From Chitinophagales bacterium (GTDB lineage Bacteria; Bacteroidota; Bacteroidia; Chitinophagales; LD1): a stretch of DNA of 64,000 nucleotides. The translations under genes and the position numbers were made by a program. Below the pieces are notes generated by a model. It was not told where the DNA came from, ran no database searches, and saw nothing but the letters and a program-made list of their open reading frames with translations. How positions within the stretch are numbered: the first letter of the stretch is position 1; each line of letters begins with the position of its first letter. The DNA lies in assembly GCA_019638515.1 (NCBI GenBank), contig JAHBTS010000002.1, positions 23,395 to 87,394 of the forward strand. The letters are read 5' to 3'. Below, piece after piece: positions 29,606 through 40,300 of this stretch.

Positions 29606-30376
29606 CTACGCTATTTTGCGTTGTGAGGCTACTTGCTCAAACGTTTCGTGATATTTAGGATGGTTGGTTTTCATAATTTTATCCCAAAAGTTGAAATACA
29701 AGCCATAATTGCAGTTTACAAAACGGTGGTGCATATTATGGTGTACCGAAGTGTTTGAAATTCCTGTTATTCTATTTTGGGTGAAACCAGATGAGAAAAT
29801 TTCAAATCCGCAATGCCCCATCACATTCTCTAAGGTCATAAAAAGCAACCAAACAATAATTGCAGCGGGATGAAGCGGAATGGAGATAGCCATAATGGGC
29901 AATATAGCAACTTCTACTACTGCTTCCAATGGATGAAAAGCAAAAGCGGCCCAAGGTGTGGGGTTGGTGCTAATATGGTGAATGCGATGTACAAAGCGAT
30001 AAATCTTTTTCCAATGCATAAAACGGTGTGCCCAATAAAAATAGGTGTCGTGTACTATAATCATACATACACAGGAAAACAAAAAATACCAAACCGAGTA
30101 ATCGCTGAAATTGCGGTATATTTTGGTGTGGCCTTTTTCGGTTAAGTAAAATAGAAATGTTCCTACCAGCGAAAAAATAAACAGGGTGAGCAGCGAATAT
30201 CCTATTTCTCTTTTTATCTCTGTATTAGCAACAAATTTTTGCTGAATCTTTTTATGTGAAAAGGGCTGTTTTTTCCATAAGTAGAAAAACACAAAAGCTA
30301 TACCGGAAAAAACAACATACCGAAGTGTGGTAATAGGAAATATAAAAGCCCAATGTTCCAATAAATTTTTTAGCAT
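29606..30376 (-). CDS. sterol desaturase / fatty acid hydroxylase family membrane protein
   Basis: 256 aa. Three histidine boxes (HRFMHW, HRIHH, HHNMHH) within a polytopic membrane protein. Confidence 0.8.
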   Translation of the reverse strand: MLKNLLEHWAFIFPITTLRYVVFSGIAFVFFYLWKKQPFSHKKIQQKFVANTEIKREIGYSLLTLFIFSLVGTFLFYLTEKGHTKIYRNFSDYSVWYFLFSCVCMIIVHDTYFYWAHRFMHWKKIYRFVHRIHHISTNPTPWAAFAFHPLEAVVEVAILPIMAISIPLHPAAIIVWLLFMTLENVMGHCGFEIFSSGFTQNRITGISNTSVHHNMHHRFVNCNYGLYFNFWDKIMKTNHPKYHETFEQVASQRKIA

Positions 30377-30506
30377 GAATTGTAATTACCTTGCAAATCT
30401 AAAAATGGCTACATACTTATCCACAAGTTGGCAATAAGAAACTTGCAAAGGGGAATTAAACCTTTCATTTTTGGTTTTCACATTAAACAAACAATTTAAT
30501 ACACTC

Positions 30507-31019
30507 ATGAAAAAAGTCATTTTCATTTTACTTGTTGGTTTTTTTAGCCTGCAAGGCTTTTCCCAATCTGCCGATGGTGCCTCTGTTACCGATTTTAGGA
30601 ATATTTACTGGGGTGCAAAATTAGATTCCATCTTCCGTGATGGACAAAAATTAGAATTCATTAAAGAGCGTACCATGAATTTGAAAAATGCCTTTGTTTT
30701 AAAAGGCGATGCTATGAATATTGGCAATGTGCGCTTAAACAAACTCATCTATATTTTTAATGATGAAAATCGTTTTGTGAAAGTGTATAGCGAAGGCCCT
30801 AAAGAAGATTTTGAGCAAATGAAATTTATTTTGAAATATAAATTTGGTGAGCCGGTAAACGAAAGAACATTGGATGGCGTAACCATGTACCAATGGTTGG
30901 TGCGCGATGTTACTTTTACTTTAAAGCAATATGAATTTTTGCGTTTTGAATTGATAATTGAAAGTAGCTGGCAAGATGCAGAGGCATACAAAAAGAATAC
31001 CTCTGTAAAAGATTTCTAA
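30507..31019 (+). CDS. hypothetical secreted protein
   Basis: Track ORF 30471..31019. The ATG at 30507 gives a signal peptide (MKKVIFILLVGFFSLQGFSQ). No family recognised. Confidence 0.5.
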   Translation: MKKVIFILLVGFFSLQGFSQSADGASVTDFRNIYWGAKLDSIFRDGQKLEFIKERTMNLKNAFVLKGDAMNIGNVRLNKLIYIFNDENRFVKVYSEGPKEDFEQMKFILKYKFGEPVNERTLDGVTMYQWLVRDVTFTLKQYEFLRFELIIESSWQDAEAYKKNTSVKDF

Positions 31020-31055
31020 GGATTGTACTAAGAATAAATTAAGAGAAAGAGAGAG

Positions 31056-32537
31056 TTATTTAGCTCTCTCTTTCCATTTAGAGCCGCTTGTGGCGGAGGT
31101 GGCTTGTGGGGCTTTCTTAACTAGCAGCGATGCTGCAAACTTTTGGGCAGCAATAGCTGCAATAAACAATTCATCTTCAGGTTGCTCTATAAGCAGTTCG
31201 GGTTTAAAGTGTTTGGCAACAAAATTAGTATCAAAATTGCCCGATAAAAAATTAGGGTGCTGTACTACAAATTTCCCAAAAGCCAAAGTGTTTTTTACAC
31301 CTGTAATTTTATACTCATCAATAGCGCGCACTAACTTACAAATAGCGTTTTCTCTAGTATCTGAGTAAGCAATCAATTTTGCAAGCATGGGATCATAATA
31401 AATTGGAATGGTCATACCTTTTTCATAGCCGTCATCTACGCGTATGCCCGCGCCTTCGGGCTTTTTGTATTCTGCAAGTGTGCCAATATCCGGTAGAAAA
31501 TTATTTTGTGGATCTTCGGCATATACGCGCAGTTCCACGGCATGGCCGTTTAGTTTTATATCGCTTTGTGTAAATGCCAATTTTTCGCCACGTGCTACAT
31601 TTATTTGTTGCCGTACTAAATCTATTCCTGTTATCATTTCGGTAACAGGATGCTCCACTTGCAAGCGCGTATTCATTTCTAAAAAATAGAAATTGAGTTG
31701 TTCATCTACCAGAAATTCAACGGTGCCGGCTCCGCGGTAGTTGCAAGAGCGAGCAACCTTTACGGCTGCTTCGCCAATAGCCATTCTCTTTTCGGGCGTG
31801 AGGCAAGAACTGGGCGCTTCTTCCACTACTTTTTGGTGTCTGCGTTGAACAGAGCATTCTCTTTCAAAAAGGTGCACAGTATTGCCGTACGCATCGGCCA
31901 ATACCTGAACTTCTATATGTTTGGGTGCGCCAACATATTTTTCAATAAACACGCTACCATCGCCAAAGGCGCTTAATGCTTCGCTTTGGGCACGTTGCAT
32001 TTGTTCTTCAAACTCGGTGGCGCTACTTACTACGCGCATTCCTTTTCCACCACCACCGGCACTTGCTTTTATTAAAACCGGATAACCGATTTTTTCGCAC
32101 AGTACTTTAGCGGCTTGAATATCGCTAATAGCACCTTCGCTGCCGGGCACCATTGGAATATCAAACTTTTTTGCAGCCTCTTTTGCGGCTAATTTGCTTC
32201 CCATAATTTCTATGGCTTCGGGCGAAGGGCCTATAAAAATTAAACCTGCTGCTTCTACTGCTTGGGCAAATGCCGCATTTTCACTTAAAAAGCCATAGCC
32301 GGGGTGAATGCCTTCTGCTCCGGTTGCTTTGGCTGCTTCAATAATTTTTTCGCCAACCAGATAAGATTCCTTAGACGGTGCTGCACCAATAAATACAGCT
32401 TCGTCTGCCATGCGCACATGAGGCGAAAGCCTATCGGCTGCGGAATAAACAGCTACGGTTTTAATACCCATTTCTTTTGCCGTGCGCATTACCCTGAGTG
32501 CAATTTCGCCACGGTTGGCAATTAGAATTTTTTTCAC
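31056..32537 (-). CDS. accC: biotin carboxylase (acetyl-CoA carboxylase subunit type)
   Basis: 493 aa. MKKILIANRGEIA N-terminus, ATP-grasp GGGGKGMR, and EMNTRLQVEHPVTE. No BCCP domain. Confidence 0.85.
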   Translation of the reverse strand: MKKILIANRGEIALRVMRTAKEMGIKTVAVYSAADRLSPHVRMADEAVFIGAAPSKESYLVGEKIIEAAKATGAEGIHPGYGFLSENAAFAQAVEAAGLIFIGPSPEAIEIMGSKLAAKEAAKKFDIPMVPGSEGAISDIQAAKVLCEKIGYPVLIKASAGGGGKGMRVVSSATEFEEQMQRAQSEALSAFGDGSVFIEKYVGAPKHIEVQVLADAYGNTVHLFERECSVQRRHQKVVEEAPSSCLTPEKRMAIGEAAVKVARSCNYRGAGTVEFLVDEQLNFYFLEMNTRLQVEHPVTEMITGIDLVRQQINVARGEKLAFTQSDIKLNGHAVELRVYAEDPQNNFLPDIGTLAEYKKPEGAGIRVDDGYEKGMTIPIYYDPMLAKLIAYSDTRENAICKLVRAIDEYKITGVKNTLAFGKFVVQHPNFLSGNFDTNFVAKHFKPELLIEQPEDELFIAAIAAQKFAASLLVKKAPQATSATSGSKWKERAK

Positions 32538-32630
32538 TTACAGTTATTTGTACTGCAACAATAAAAAATTATTAGGCGTGTATGTTTAGGTTTGTTGTTT
32601 TATTCGGGTTTTATTTAAAAGCATTGCAGC

Positions 32631-33107
32631 GTGTACGAGCAAATTTTAAAGCGGGGAAAAGAAAAGAAGAAACAATTGGCAGATTCGTTTAAGAGAGCTG
32701 CACGTAAAAAAGGTGTAGAAAAAATGCTGCCACCGCTGCACGATGCTGCTTTTAAGGAAATAGACTGTTTGCAATGTGCGGGTTGCTGTAAGCATATTTC
32801 GCCACGTTTTAAAACGCCTGATGTAAAGCGAATTGCAAAATTTCTAGGCTTAAAAGAATCGGTGTTTATAGCTACATATTTGCACTTAGATGAAGATGGC
32901 GATTATGTGGTGCGGCAGCATCCTTGCCCATTTTTAGGCGCACATAATTATTGTACTATTTATGAAGTTCGCCCGGGCGATTGTAGAAAATATCCATACA
33001 CCGATTCTGGCGATTTCTTTGCATATCCGCGCACTACGGTTCAAAATATTGATTACTGCCCCGCAGTAGTAAAAGTGTTGGAAGCATTGGAGGCTTCTAT
33101 AAAGTAG
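32631..33107 (+). CDS. YkgJ-family cysteine-cluster protein
   Basis: 158 aa. CLQCAGCC cluster plus downstream CPFL...C..Y..RP..C, matching UPF0153/YkgJ. Start uncertain. Confidence 0.65.
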   Translation: MYEQILKRGKEKKKQLADSFKRAARKKGVEKMLPPLHDAAFKEIDCLQCAGCCKHISPRFKTPDVKRIAKFLGLKESVFIATYLHLDEDGDYVVRQHPCPFLGAHNYCTIYEVRPGDCRKYPYTDSGDFFAYPRTTVQNIDYCPAVVKVLEALEASIK

Positions 33108-33108
33108 G

Positions 33109-34071
33109 TTATTTTTTCAAACCAATTTCTCTTAGCCGTTCATCTAAGTATTCGCCTGCAGAAATTGGCTCGTATGCCAATGGATTTGTACTGCTTATGC
33201 AGGAAGCTAAAGCATCTAAGCGCATCTCGCTGCGCGGATGCAAAAAGAAAGGAATGGAATAGCGCGATGTATGCCATTTTTCTTTTGGTGGATTTACCAC
33301 TCTGTGTGTGGTAGATTTTAAGCGGTTATTGGTGAGGCGCTGGAGCATATCGCCCACGTTTACTACTATGCAGCCCTCGGGAGCTGTAATGTCGAGCCAT
33401 TCGTTTTGCTTGTTTAGCAATTGTAAACCTTCGGCAGAGGCTCCTACTAAAAGTGTAATGAGGTTAATATCTTCGTGCTGCTCTGCACGAATGGCGCTTT
33501 TGGGTTCTTGCGTAATAGGAGGGTAGTGAATGGCACGCAAAATAGAATTGCCATTGTGAATATGCGATGCGAAATATTTTTCGGGAAGATTTAAATGCAC
33601 GGCTATGGCTTGCAATAAAGCGCTTCCGCTTTTTTCGAATGCTTTGTATAGTTCTACTCCTTTTTGAGTAAATGCCGGAATTTCGTTTACCGTAATATTG
33701 TTTGGGTAAATTTCGCTTACGGGATCGTTGCCTTCAACGGTTTGCCCTAATTGCCAAAACTCTTTTAAATCTGGCGCATCATATCCTTTGGCAGTTTCTT
33801 TGCCAAAAGAAGTATAGCCGCGCTGCCCTGCAAGTTCCGGTTTTTCATAACCTTTTTTGGTGGCTGTGGGCAGTTCAAAAAATTGCTTTACCAAATCGTA
33901 ATACTCCTCTATGAGCGCAGCCGGAACGCCATGATTTTTCACACTTACAAAGCCTACTTCTTCAAATGCTTTGCCAAGTTCTTCAATAAAACTTTTTTTA
34001 TCGGCATCGCTGCCATTTACATATTTATTTAAATCTACAACAGGAATAGAATGATTGCTCATAGTTTTCAA
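33109..34071 (-). CDS. 2-oxoglutarate/Fe(II)-dependent oxygenase (isopenicillin N synthase family)
   Basis: 320 aa. HxD (QHEDIN) and distal H (THRV) iron ligands, with a family-like N-terminal DIOX_N region. Confidence 0.8.
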   Translation of the reverse strand: MKTMSNHSIPVVDLNKYVNGSDADKKSFIEELGKAFEEVGFVSVKNHGVPAALIEEYYDLVKQFFELPTATKKGYEKPELAGQRGYTSFGKETAKGYDAPDLKEFWQLGQTVEGNDPVSEIYPNNITVNEIPAFTQKGVELYKAFEKSGSALLQAIAVHLNLPEKYFASHIHNGNSILRAIHYPPITQEPKSAIRAEQHEDINLITLLVGASAEGLQLLNKQNEWLDITAPEGCIVVNVGDMLQRLTNNRLKSTTHRVVNPPKEKWHTSRYSIPFFLHPRSEMRLDALASCISSTNPLAYEPISAGEYLDERLREIGLKK

Positions 34072-34120
34072 TTTATTTGGAATCTATAAGCGAAGAAAAT
34101 AATTCTTTATGAATATAGAA

Positions 34121-34516
34121 TTACAATTGCCGTAGGTAGTCTATTACCAGTATGCGGTCTTTTACAATTTTTATCTCGTAATGAAGGTAGCCGCCTCCGG
34201 TAGAAACAAAACTGCCATCGTCTTTTAATGTAAGTTTGGTGGTGGCAATTACTTGTCCGTTTTTATCTACTGCATTTATGCGTACTTCTTTATCGTAGGT
34301 AAGTAGTTTGTTGGTAGAAGTATCGGTTACATAATCTCTTGTTTTGCGCAACTGCACAGGTGCAATAAACTGATTGTTTTCGGTAGCAAACAATGTAGGT
34401 AAGCTTTTATTAGAAGTAAAGAAGTAGATTTCGTAAGGTGTTTCGTTCTTTTTACAAGAAGAAAAAAGCAAACAGCCTACAACCGATAAAAATAAAAACC
34501 GCTTCATGTTTTCCAT
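34121..34516 (-). CDS. hypothetical lipoprotein
   Basis: 131 aa. Signal peptide with a lipobox-like LLFSSC. Confidence 0.5.
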   Translation of the reverse strand: MENMKRFLFLSVVGCLLFSSCKKNETPYEIYFFTSNKSLPTLFATENNQFIAPVQLRKTRDYVTDTSTNKLLTYDKEVRINAVDKNGQVIATTKLTLKDDGSFVSTGGGYLHYEIKIVKDRILVIDYLRQL

Positions 34517-34582
34517 TTACTGCTTATGGTGCAATACGAAAAAATGAAGCGGTTGTTTCATTCCCAATAAGGGAACTATAAA

Positions 34583-36019
34583 TTACGATATACTCATTTG
34601 TATTTTCTTTTGTATATCGCTCACGCTTTCTCTAAATTCTTGGTCGGTATCAATTAAGTTTTGTACCGCTTGGCAAGAGTGGATTACGGTTGAGTGGTCG
34701 CGCCCGCCAAAATGTTTCCCAATTACTTTTAATGAGTTTTTAGTATAGTTTTTAGCAAGGAACATAGAGAGTTGGCGTGCTTGCACTACCATGCGCTTGC
34801 GGGTTTTTTCTTTTAAAGTTTCTACGGGTACATTAAAGTATTCGCAAACTGTTTTTTGAATGTAGTCTATACTTACTTCGCGACTCATTGTTTTTACAAA
34901 GTTCTTAATTATCTTTTTAGCTAACTCCACATCCACATCTTTTTTATTGAGCGATGCTTGTGCTAGTAATGAAATTAAGGCAGCTTCTAATTCGCGCACG
35001 TTTGTATTGATGTTGTATGCTACAAACTCTACTACTTCGCGCGGCAGTTCAATGCCATCGGCATACATTTTCTTTTCTAAAATTCCAATGCGGGTTTCAA
35101 AATCCGGCACTTGCAAATCGGCACTTAATCCCCATTTAAAGCGAGAAAGTAATCTTTCTTCTATTCCTTCTAAATCGCGTGGAGAGCGATCGGTAGTGAG
35201 TACCAATTGCTTGCCATTTTGGTGAAGGTGATTAAATATATGGAAGAAAATATCTTGTGTTTTTTCTTTGTTGCTGAAGAACTGAATATCGTCCACCAGC
35301 AATACATCTATAAGCTGATAGAAGTGTATAAAATCGTTTACCGAATTATTCTTTACAGCATCGAAAAACTGGTTGGTGAATTTTTCGCTGGAAACATATA
35401 GCACGGTTTTATTGGGGAATAGTTGTTTTACTTCGTTGCCAATTGCTTGTGCCAAGTGTGTTTTACCTAAACCAACGCTACCGTAAATTACCAATGGGTT
35501 AAAAGCGGTGCCACCGGGCTTTTGCGAAACGGCATAGCCGGCACTGCGTGCTAAGCGGTTGCAATCGCCTTCTACAAAATTATCGAAGTTGTAATTGGCG
35601 TTTAATTGAGGGTCTATATTTATTTTCTTTAAACCCGGAATTACAAACGGGTTTTTAATGTTGCTTCCTTGTAGCGTTAATGGAAAACTTGTTTCGGGAT
35701 TAGAGGCGTTGCCTGAATTGAAATTAGGATAATCTACGGTGCTGGGAGTAGAGCCATTGTGTTCTACCACGATGCGGTATTCTAAGCGGGCTTCGTTTCC
35801 TAATTCGCGTTTAATGGTTTTGCGTAATAGCGAAACATAATGTTCTTCGAGCCATTCGTAAAAAAATTGCGAAGGCACTTGGATGGTTAACACAGCCGCT
35901 TTTAATTCAACAGGTTTAATTGGTTCAAACCATGTTTTGAAACTTTGAGCACTTACATTGTCTCTGATAATTTCTAAGCAAGCACTCCATACAGATGCGG
36001 CCGATTTTTCCTTTACCAT
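34583..36019 (-). CDS. dnaA: chromosomal replication initiator protein DnaA
   Basis: The track ORF extends to 36133. The ATG at 36019 gives the DnaA-like N-terminus MVKEKSAASVWSACLEIIRDNV. AAA+ Walker A GSVGLGKTHL, box VII, and a C-terminal DNA-binding domain (HSTV...) are present. Confidence 0.92.
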   Translation of the reverse strand: MVKEKSAASVWSACLEIIRDNVSAQSFKTWFEPIKPVELKAAVLTIQVPSQFFYEWLEEHYVSLLRKTIKRELGNEARLEYRIVVEHNGSTPSTVDYPNFNSGNASNPETSFPLTLQGSNIKNPFVIPGLKKINIDPQLNANYNFDNFVEGDCNRLARSAGYAVSQKPGGTAFNPLVIYGSVGLGKTHLAQAIGNEVKQLFPNKTVLYVSSEKFTNQFFDAVKNNSVNDFIHFYQLIDVLLVDDIQFFSNKEKTQDIFFHIFNHLHQNGKQLVLTTDRSPRDLEGIEERLLSRFKWGLSADLQVPDFETRIGILEKKMYADGIELPREVVEFVAYNINTNVRELEAALISLLAQASLNKKDVDVELAKKIIKNFVKTMSREVSIDYIQKTVCEYFNVPVETLKEKTRKRMVVQARQLSMFLAKNYTKNSLKVIGKHFGGRDHSTVIHSCQAVQNLIDTDQEFRESVSDIQKKIQMSIS

Positions 36020-36227
36020 GTTTGAGTCCGTTTTTATGTTAGATGAATTGAATTTTGAACAATTAGCAGTTGAGGGTGTGAAAATGTACATTACGGTGTG
36101 AAAAAAAAATTTTTTTCCACTTGATTTTTTCAAGAAAAATACGTCTCAATTTTTCTTAAGAAAAACTTTGTTTCGTGCAACTGTGGAAATAGAATTTTTT
36201 ATTTCTCAATTGTTGGTAAAAAGCAAA

Positions 36228-37151
36228 CTATGTGCCAATTTTTACAGGTGCATTCGCAACCACAATACCTTTCTTTTTAGGCTCGAAATAATATTCTACT
36301 CTGCCTAATGCAATGCCTGCCCAACCTACTTGATTTACCAATACTTTTTTGCCATCGGCATTGGTTAGCTCATCGGGTTTAGGCATGAGTGTGTGCGTGT
36401 GGCCGCCAAGAATTAAATCTATGTTGCGACTATTGTATGCAAGTGTGAGGTCGCTTACTTTTTTCTCTTTGTATTTATAGCCAAGGTGCGAAAGGCAAAC
36501 AACCAAATCGCATTTGTAATCGTTTTTTAAACGGGCAGCAATACGGTTGGCTGTTTTAATTGGGTCTTCATAAATGGTTTCGCCATAGTTGGGTTTGGTT
36601 ACTAAACCATCTAATTCAATGCCAATACCAAACACGCCTACATCAATACCATCTATCTTGAAAATTTTGTAGGGCTGTGTTTTCTTAGCTAGAACTGTGT
36701 TGCTAAAATTATAGTTTGCACACAAGAATGGAAAATTGGCAAGAGGCATTTGTTTTGCCAATGCTTCTAAACCATTATCGAAATCGTGATTGCCAAGGGT
36801 AGAGGCATCGTAACGCATTTCGCTCATGAGTTTAAACTCAAGAGAGCCATTAAATAGATTAAAGTACGGAGTGCCTTGCCAAATATCGCCACTATCTAAG
36901 AGCAATACATTTTTTTCTTGACTGCGAATTTTATTGATTACGGCAGCACGGTTGGCAAATCCGCCTAAACCTTGAAAGCGACTTCCATCCATTGGAAATG
37001 GTTCTATGCGCGAATGTTGATCGTTGGTATGTAAGATGGTGAGTTTTTTTACATCGCCATGAGCAAAGGCTTCAAACGGAAATTGCGAGGCTAATAGTAA
37101 ACCTGCTGCGGTTCCTGATTTCTTTAAAAAGTCTCTTCTGTTTAATTGCAT
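36228..37151 (-). CDS. metallophosphoesterase / 5'-nucleotidase family protein with Tat signal
   Basis: 307 aa. RRDFLK twin-arginine signal. Motifs ILHTNDQHS, GDIWQG, GNHDFD and GGHTH. Confidence 0.8.
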   Translation of the reverse strand: MQLNRRDFLKKSGTAAGLLLASQFPFEAFAHGDVKKLTILHTNDQHSRIEPFPMDGSRFQGLGGFANRAAVINKIRSQEKNVLLLDSGDIWQGTPYFNLFNGSLEFKLMSEMRYDASTLGNHDFDNGLEALAKQMPLANFPFLCANYNFSNTVLAKKTQPYKIFKIDGIDVGVFGIGIELDGLVTKPNYGETIYEDPIKTANRIAARLKNDYKCDLVVCLSHLGYKYKEKKVSDLTLAYNSRNIDLILGGHTHTLMPKPDELTNADGKKVLVNQVGWAGIALGRVEYYFEPKKKGIVVANAPVKIGT

Positions 37152-37225
37152 TTGGCAAAGATATAGAATTGCCTATTCGGATAAGCAATGAATTGTGAAT
37201 AGAAAAGAGCGATTGGAAATTGAGC

Positions 37226-37328
37226 AAAAAGAAAAGGCGAAACTTGCGCCCCGCCTTAAATGTTTTCACAACGGAATAATCCTTATTGTAAATAGCTTCA
37301 AAATGTAAGGCAAACTTAGAATTATTTT
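37226..37328 (-). ncRNA. predicted tracrRNA (divergent from cas9)
   Basis: Minus-strand reading is ...CUAAGUUUGCCUUACAUUUUGAAGCUAUUUACAAU-AAGGAUUAUUCCGUUGUGAAAACAUUU-AAGGCGGGG-CGCAAG-UUUCGCCUU-UUCUUUUU.
- The anti-repeat (37285..37322) pairs with the reverse complement of the array repeat (GUUGUAAAUAGCUUUCAGAAUGUA): about 23 pairs, including 2 G-U pairs and a 1-nt bulge.
- It is followed by a nexus-like AAGG-AUUAUUCC-G and an intrinsic terminator.
- The 5' end is approximate. Confidence 0.7.
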
Positions 37329-37363
37329 TTAAAATTTATATTGCGGGTAAAATTTATTTACCC

Positions 37364-40300
37364 ATGACTACAATACTAGGATTAGATTTAGGAACCAACT
37401 CCATTGGTTGGGCGCTCATTCAGCAAGATTTTGAAAACAAACAGGGGAAAATTCTTGGAATGGGAAGTCGGATTATTCCGATGAGTACTGATGATAAAGA
37501 TGAATTTACATCAGGCAATACGATTTCTAAAAATCAGAAACGAACATCCAAACGCACTCAACGAAAAGGTTATGACCGCTATCAGTTAAGGCGAAAATCA
37601 TTAACAAACCTTTTGCTCAAAAACGAAATGTTCAATGATGCTCTTTTCAAATTACAACCATTGGAATTGTGGGGCTTGCGAGCAAAAGCTGTAAATGAAA
37701 AAATTGAGTTAAAAGAACTCGGTCGTGTTTTGTACCATCTTAACCAAAAGCGCGGATACAAAAGCAGTAGAAGCGATGCGAATTTGGATAAAAAAGATAC
37801 AGAGTATGTAGCCGAAGTGAAAAGCCGCCACCAAGAAATAAAAGAACAAGGCATTACTATCGGACAAAAGTTTTTTGCTGAATTACAGAAAGACCAATAC
37901 TACCGTGTGAAACAGCAAGTGTTTCCGCGCGAAGCTTACATCGAAGAATTTGAAGCGATTTGCAAGCAACAGCAAAAACATTATCCACAAATAATTACCG
38001 ATGAATTTATCGCTCAACTGCGCGATGAAATCATCTACTATCAACGCAAATTGAAGTCACAAAAAGGTTTGGTAAACATTTGCGAATTTGAGGGCTTCTC
38101 TACTAAAAATAAAGAAGGTAAGGATGCTTTCGTTGGTCCTAAAGTTGCACCCAAAAGCTCGCCACTTTTCCAGATTTGTAAGATTTGGGAAGGCATTAAC
38201 ACCATCTCACTAAAAAACAAATCGGGCGAAACTTTTGAAATTTCAATAGAGCAAAAACAAGAATTGTTTAAACATCTTGACAACCATGAAAAGCTAACTT
38301 CAACTGACCTACTTAAGATTTTAAATCTGAAAAAAAATGATGGTTGGTATACAAATAAGCAAATTGAACGAGGCATACAAGGTAATATCACCAAGACACA
38401 ATTTTTAAAGTACTTGCCACAAGACAATGAGTTACTTACATTCAACTTAACTGTAAAAAACAGCGATAAAGAGACCTATTTGGTAGACCGCAAAACAGGC
38501 GATGTAAAGGGAAGTAAGCAACACTTAATAATTGATGCAGATATTGAACAGCAACCGCTTTACCAATTGTGGCACACCATTTATTCGATTGCTGATGTAG
38601 AAGAATGTGTGAATGTGCTTATTAAAAAATTCAACCTCGACCGAGAAATAGCTGAAAAATTGGCAAACATAGATTTTACAAAATACGCTTTCGGTAATAA
38701 GTCTTCAAAAGCAATACGTAAAATTTTGCCTTACTTAATGCAAGGCGATGTTTACAGTGATGCTTGTTCGTATGCGGGTTACAATCATTCAAACTCGCTT
38801 ACGAAAGACGAAAATATAAAACGTATTTTGTTAGACAGCATTCCAAATCTTCCGAAAAATAGCTTGCGCCAACCTGTGGTGGAGAAAATTCTCAACCAAA
38901 TGATAAACGTAGTAAACGCAATTATTGAAAAACACGGAAAACCTGATGAAATTAGAATTGAATTAGCACGCGATCTGAAACAAAATAAAGAAGAACGAAA
39001 CAAGACTTTCACGGACTTAAATAAGAGAGAACGCGAGAATGAAACTATTAGGAAACGACTTACTGATGAATACAAATTACGTGCGACAAGAAATAACGTA
39101 ATTAAATGGCGTTTGTTTCATGAAATCAATAATGAAGAAAGCAAATTGAATGCTTTTTGTGTTTATTGTGGAAAACCATTCGGAATTACTGATGCTTTAA
39201 GTGGTAACAATGTGGACGTAGAGCATATTATTCCTAAATCATTGTTGTTTGATGATTCGCAAAGCAACAAAACGCTTAGTCACAGAAGTTGTAACGAAGC
39301 AAAAGGCAATAAAACGGCTTATGATTTTATGTCGTCAAAAACTAGCGATGAATTAAATACCTATATCGAGCGAGTAGATAACCTTTTCAAAAACAAACTA
39401 ATCAACAAGGCGAAACGCGATAGGTTATTAATGCCCGAAGCAAAAATTCCAAAAGATTTTATTGACCGCCAGCTACGCGAAACACAATATATAGCCCGAA
39501 AATCAAAAGAAATTTTGGAGCAAGTGTGCACAAACGTTTGGAGTACGAGCGGAACAGTAACGGAATACTTGCGCAGATTGTGGGGGTGGGACGATGTGCT
39601 AATGAATTTGCAACTGCCCAAATATCGCGAATTAGGACTTATCGAATGGAAAGAATGGGAAACAAATGACGGTCAAAAGCACAAGCAGGAAGTAATCAAA
39701 GATTGGAGCAAGCGCGATGATCACCGCCACCACGCAGTTGATGCACTCGTAATTGCATGCACACAACAGGGCTTTATACAGCGCATCAATAATTTAAGTT
39801 CACAAGGCAATCGTGATGAAATGTATGCTGAAGTTGGTACCACAAGAAAAGGCTCTCTATTAGAAAACTATATCGTTAAACACCGTCCATTTACAACCAA
39901 AGAAGTAGAAAACAAAGCCGCTGAAATTTTAATTTCATTCAAAGCAGGAAAAAAGGTTGCTTCATTCGGCAAACGAAAAATAAAGAAAGACGGTAAAAAA
40001 CAAGTAGTCCAAACAGGAATTATTGTGCCGCGTGGTGCATTAAGCGAAGAAAGTGTTTATGGAAAAATTAAATCGCTTGACAAAAACAAGCCTCTAAAGT
40101 ATTTGTTTGAAAATCCTGATTTAATACTAAAAGGTTATATTAAGAAGTTAGTAAAGGAGCGATTAGCAAAACATGAAAACGATTCAAAAAAAGCTATTGC
40201 ATCATTAAAGAAAGAGACGATATATCTTGATGAAGAGAATAAAAAAGTGCTGGAATATGCCACTTGCTACAAAGAAGAATACGTAATTAAATATCCTCTT

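Noticed and set aside
37072-37269. 65-aa minus-strand ORF upstream of cas9.
   Set aside because: It overlaps the 5' end of the 5'-nucleotidase gene and the terminator and tail of the predicted tracrRNA. The region is better explained as non-coding RNA.
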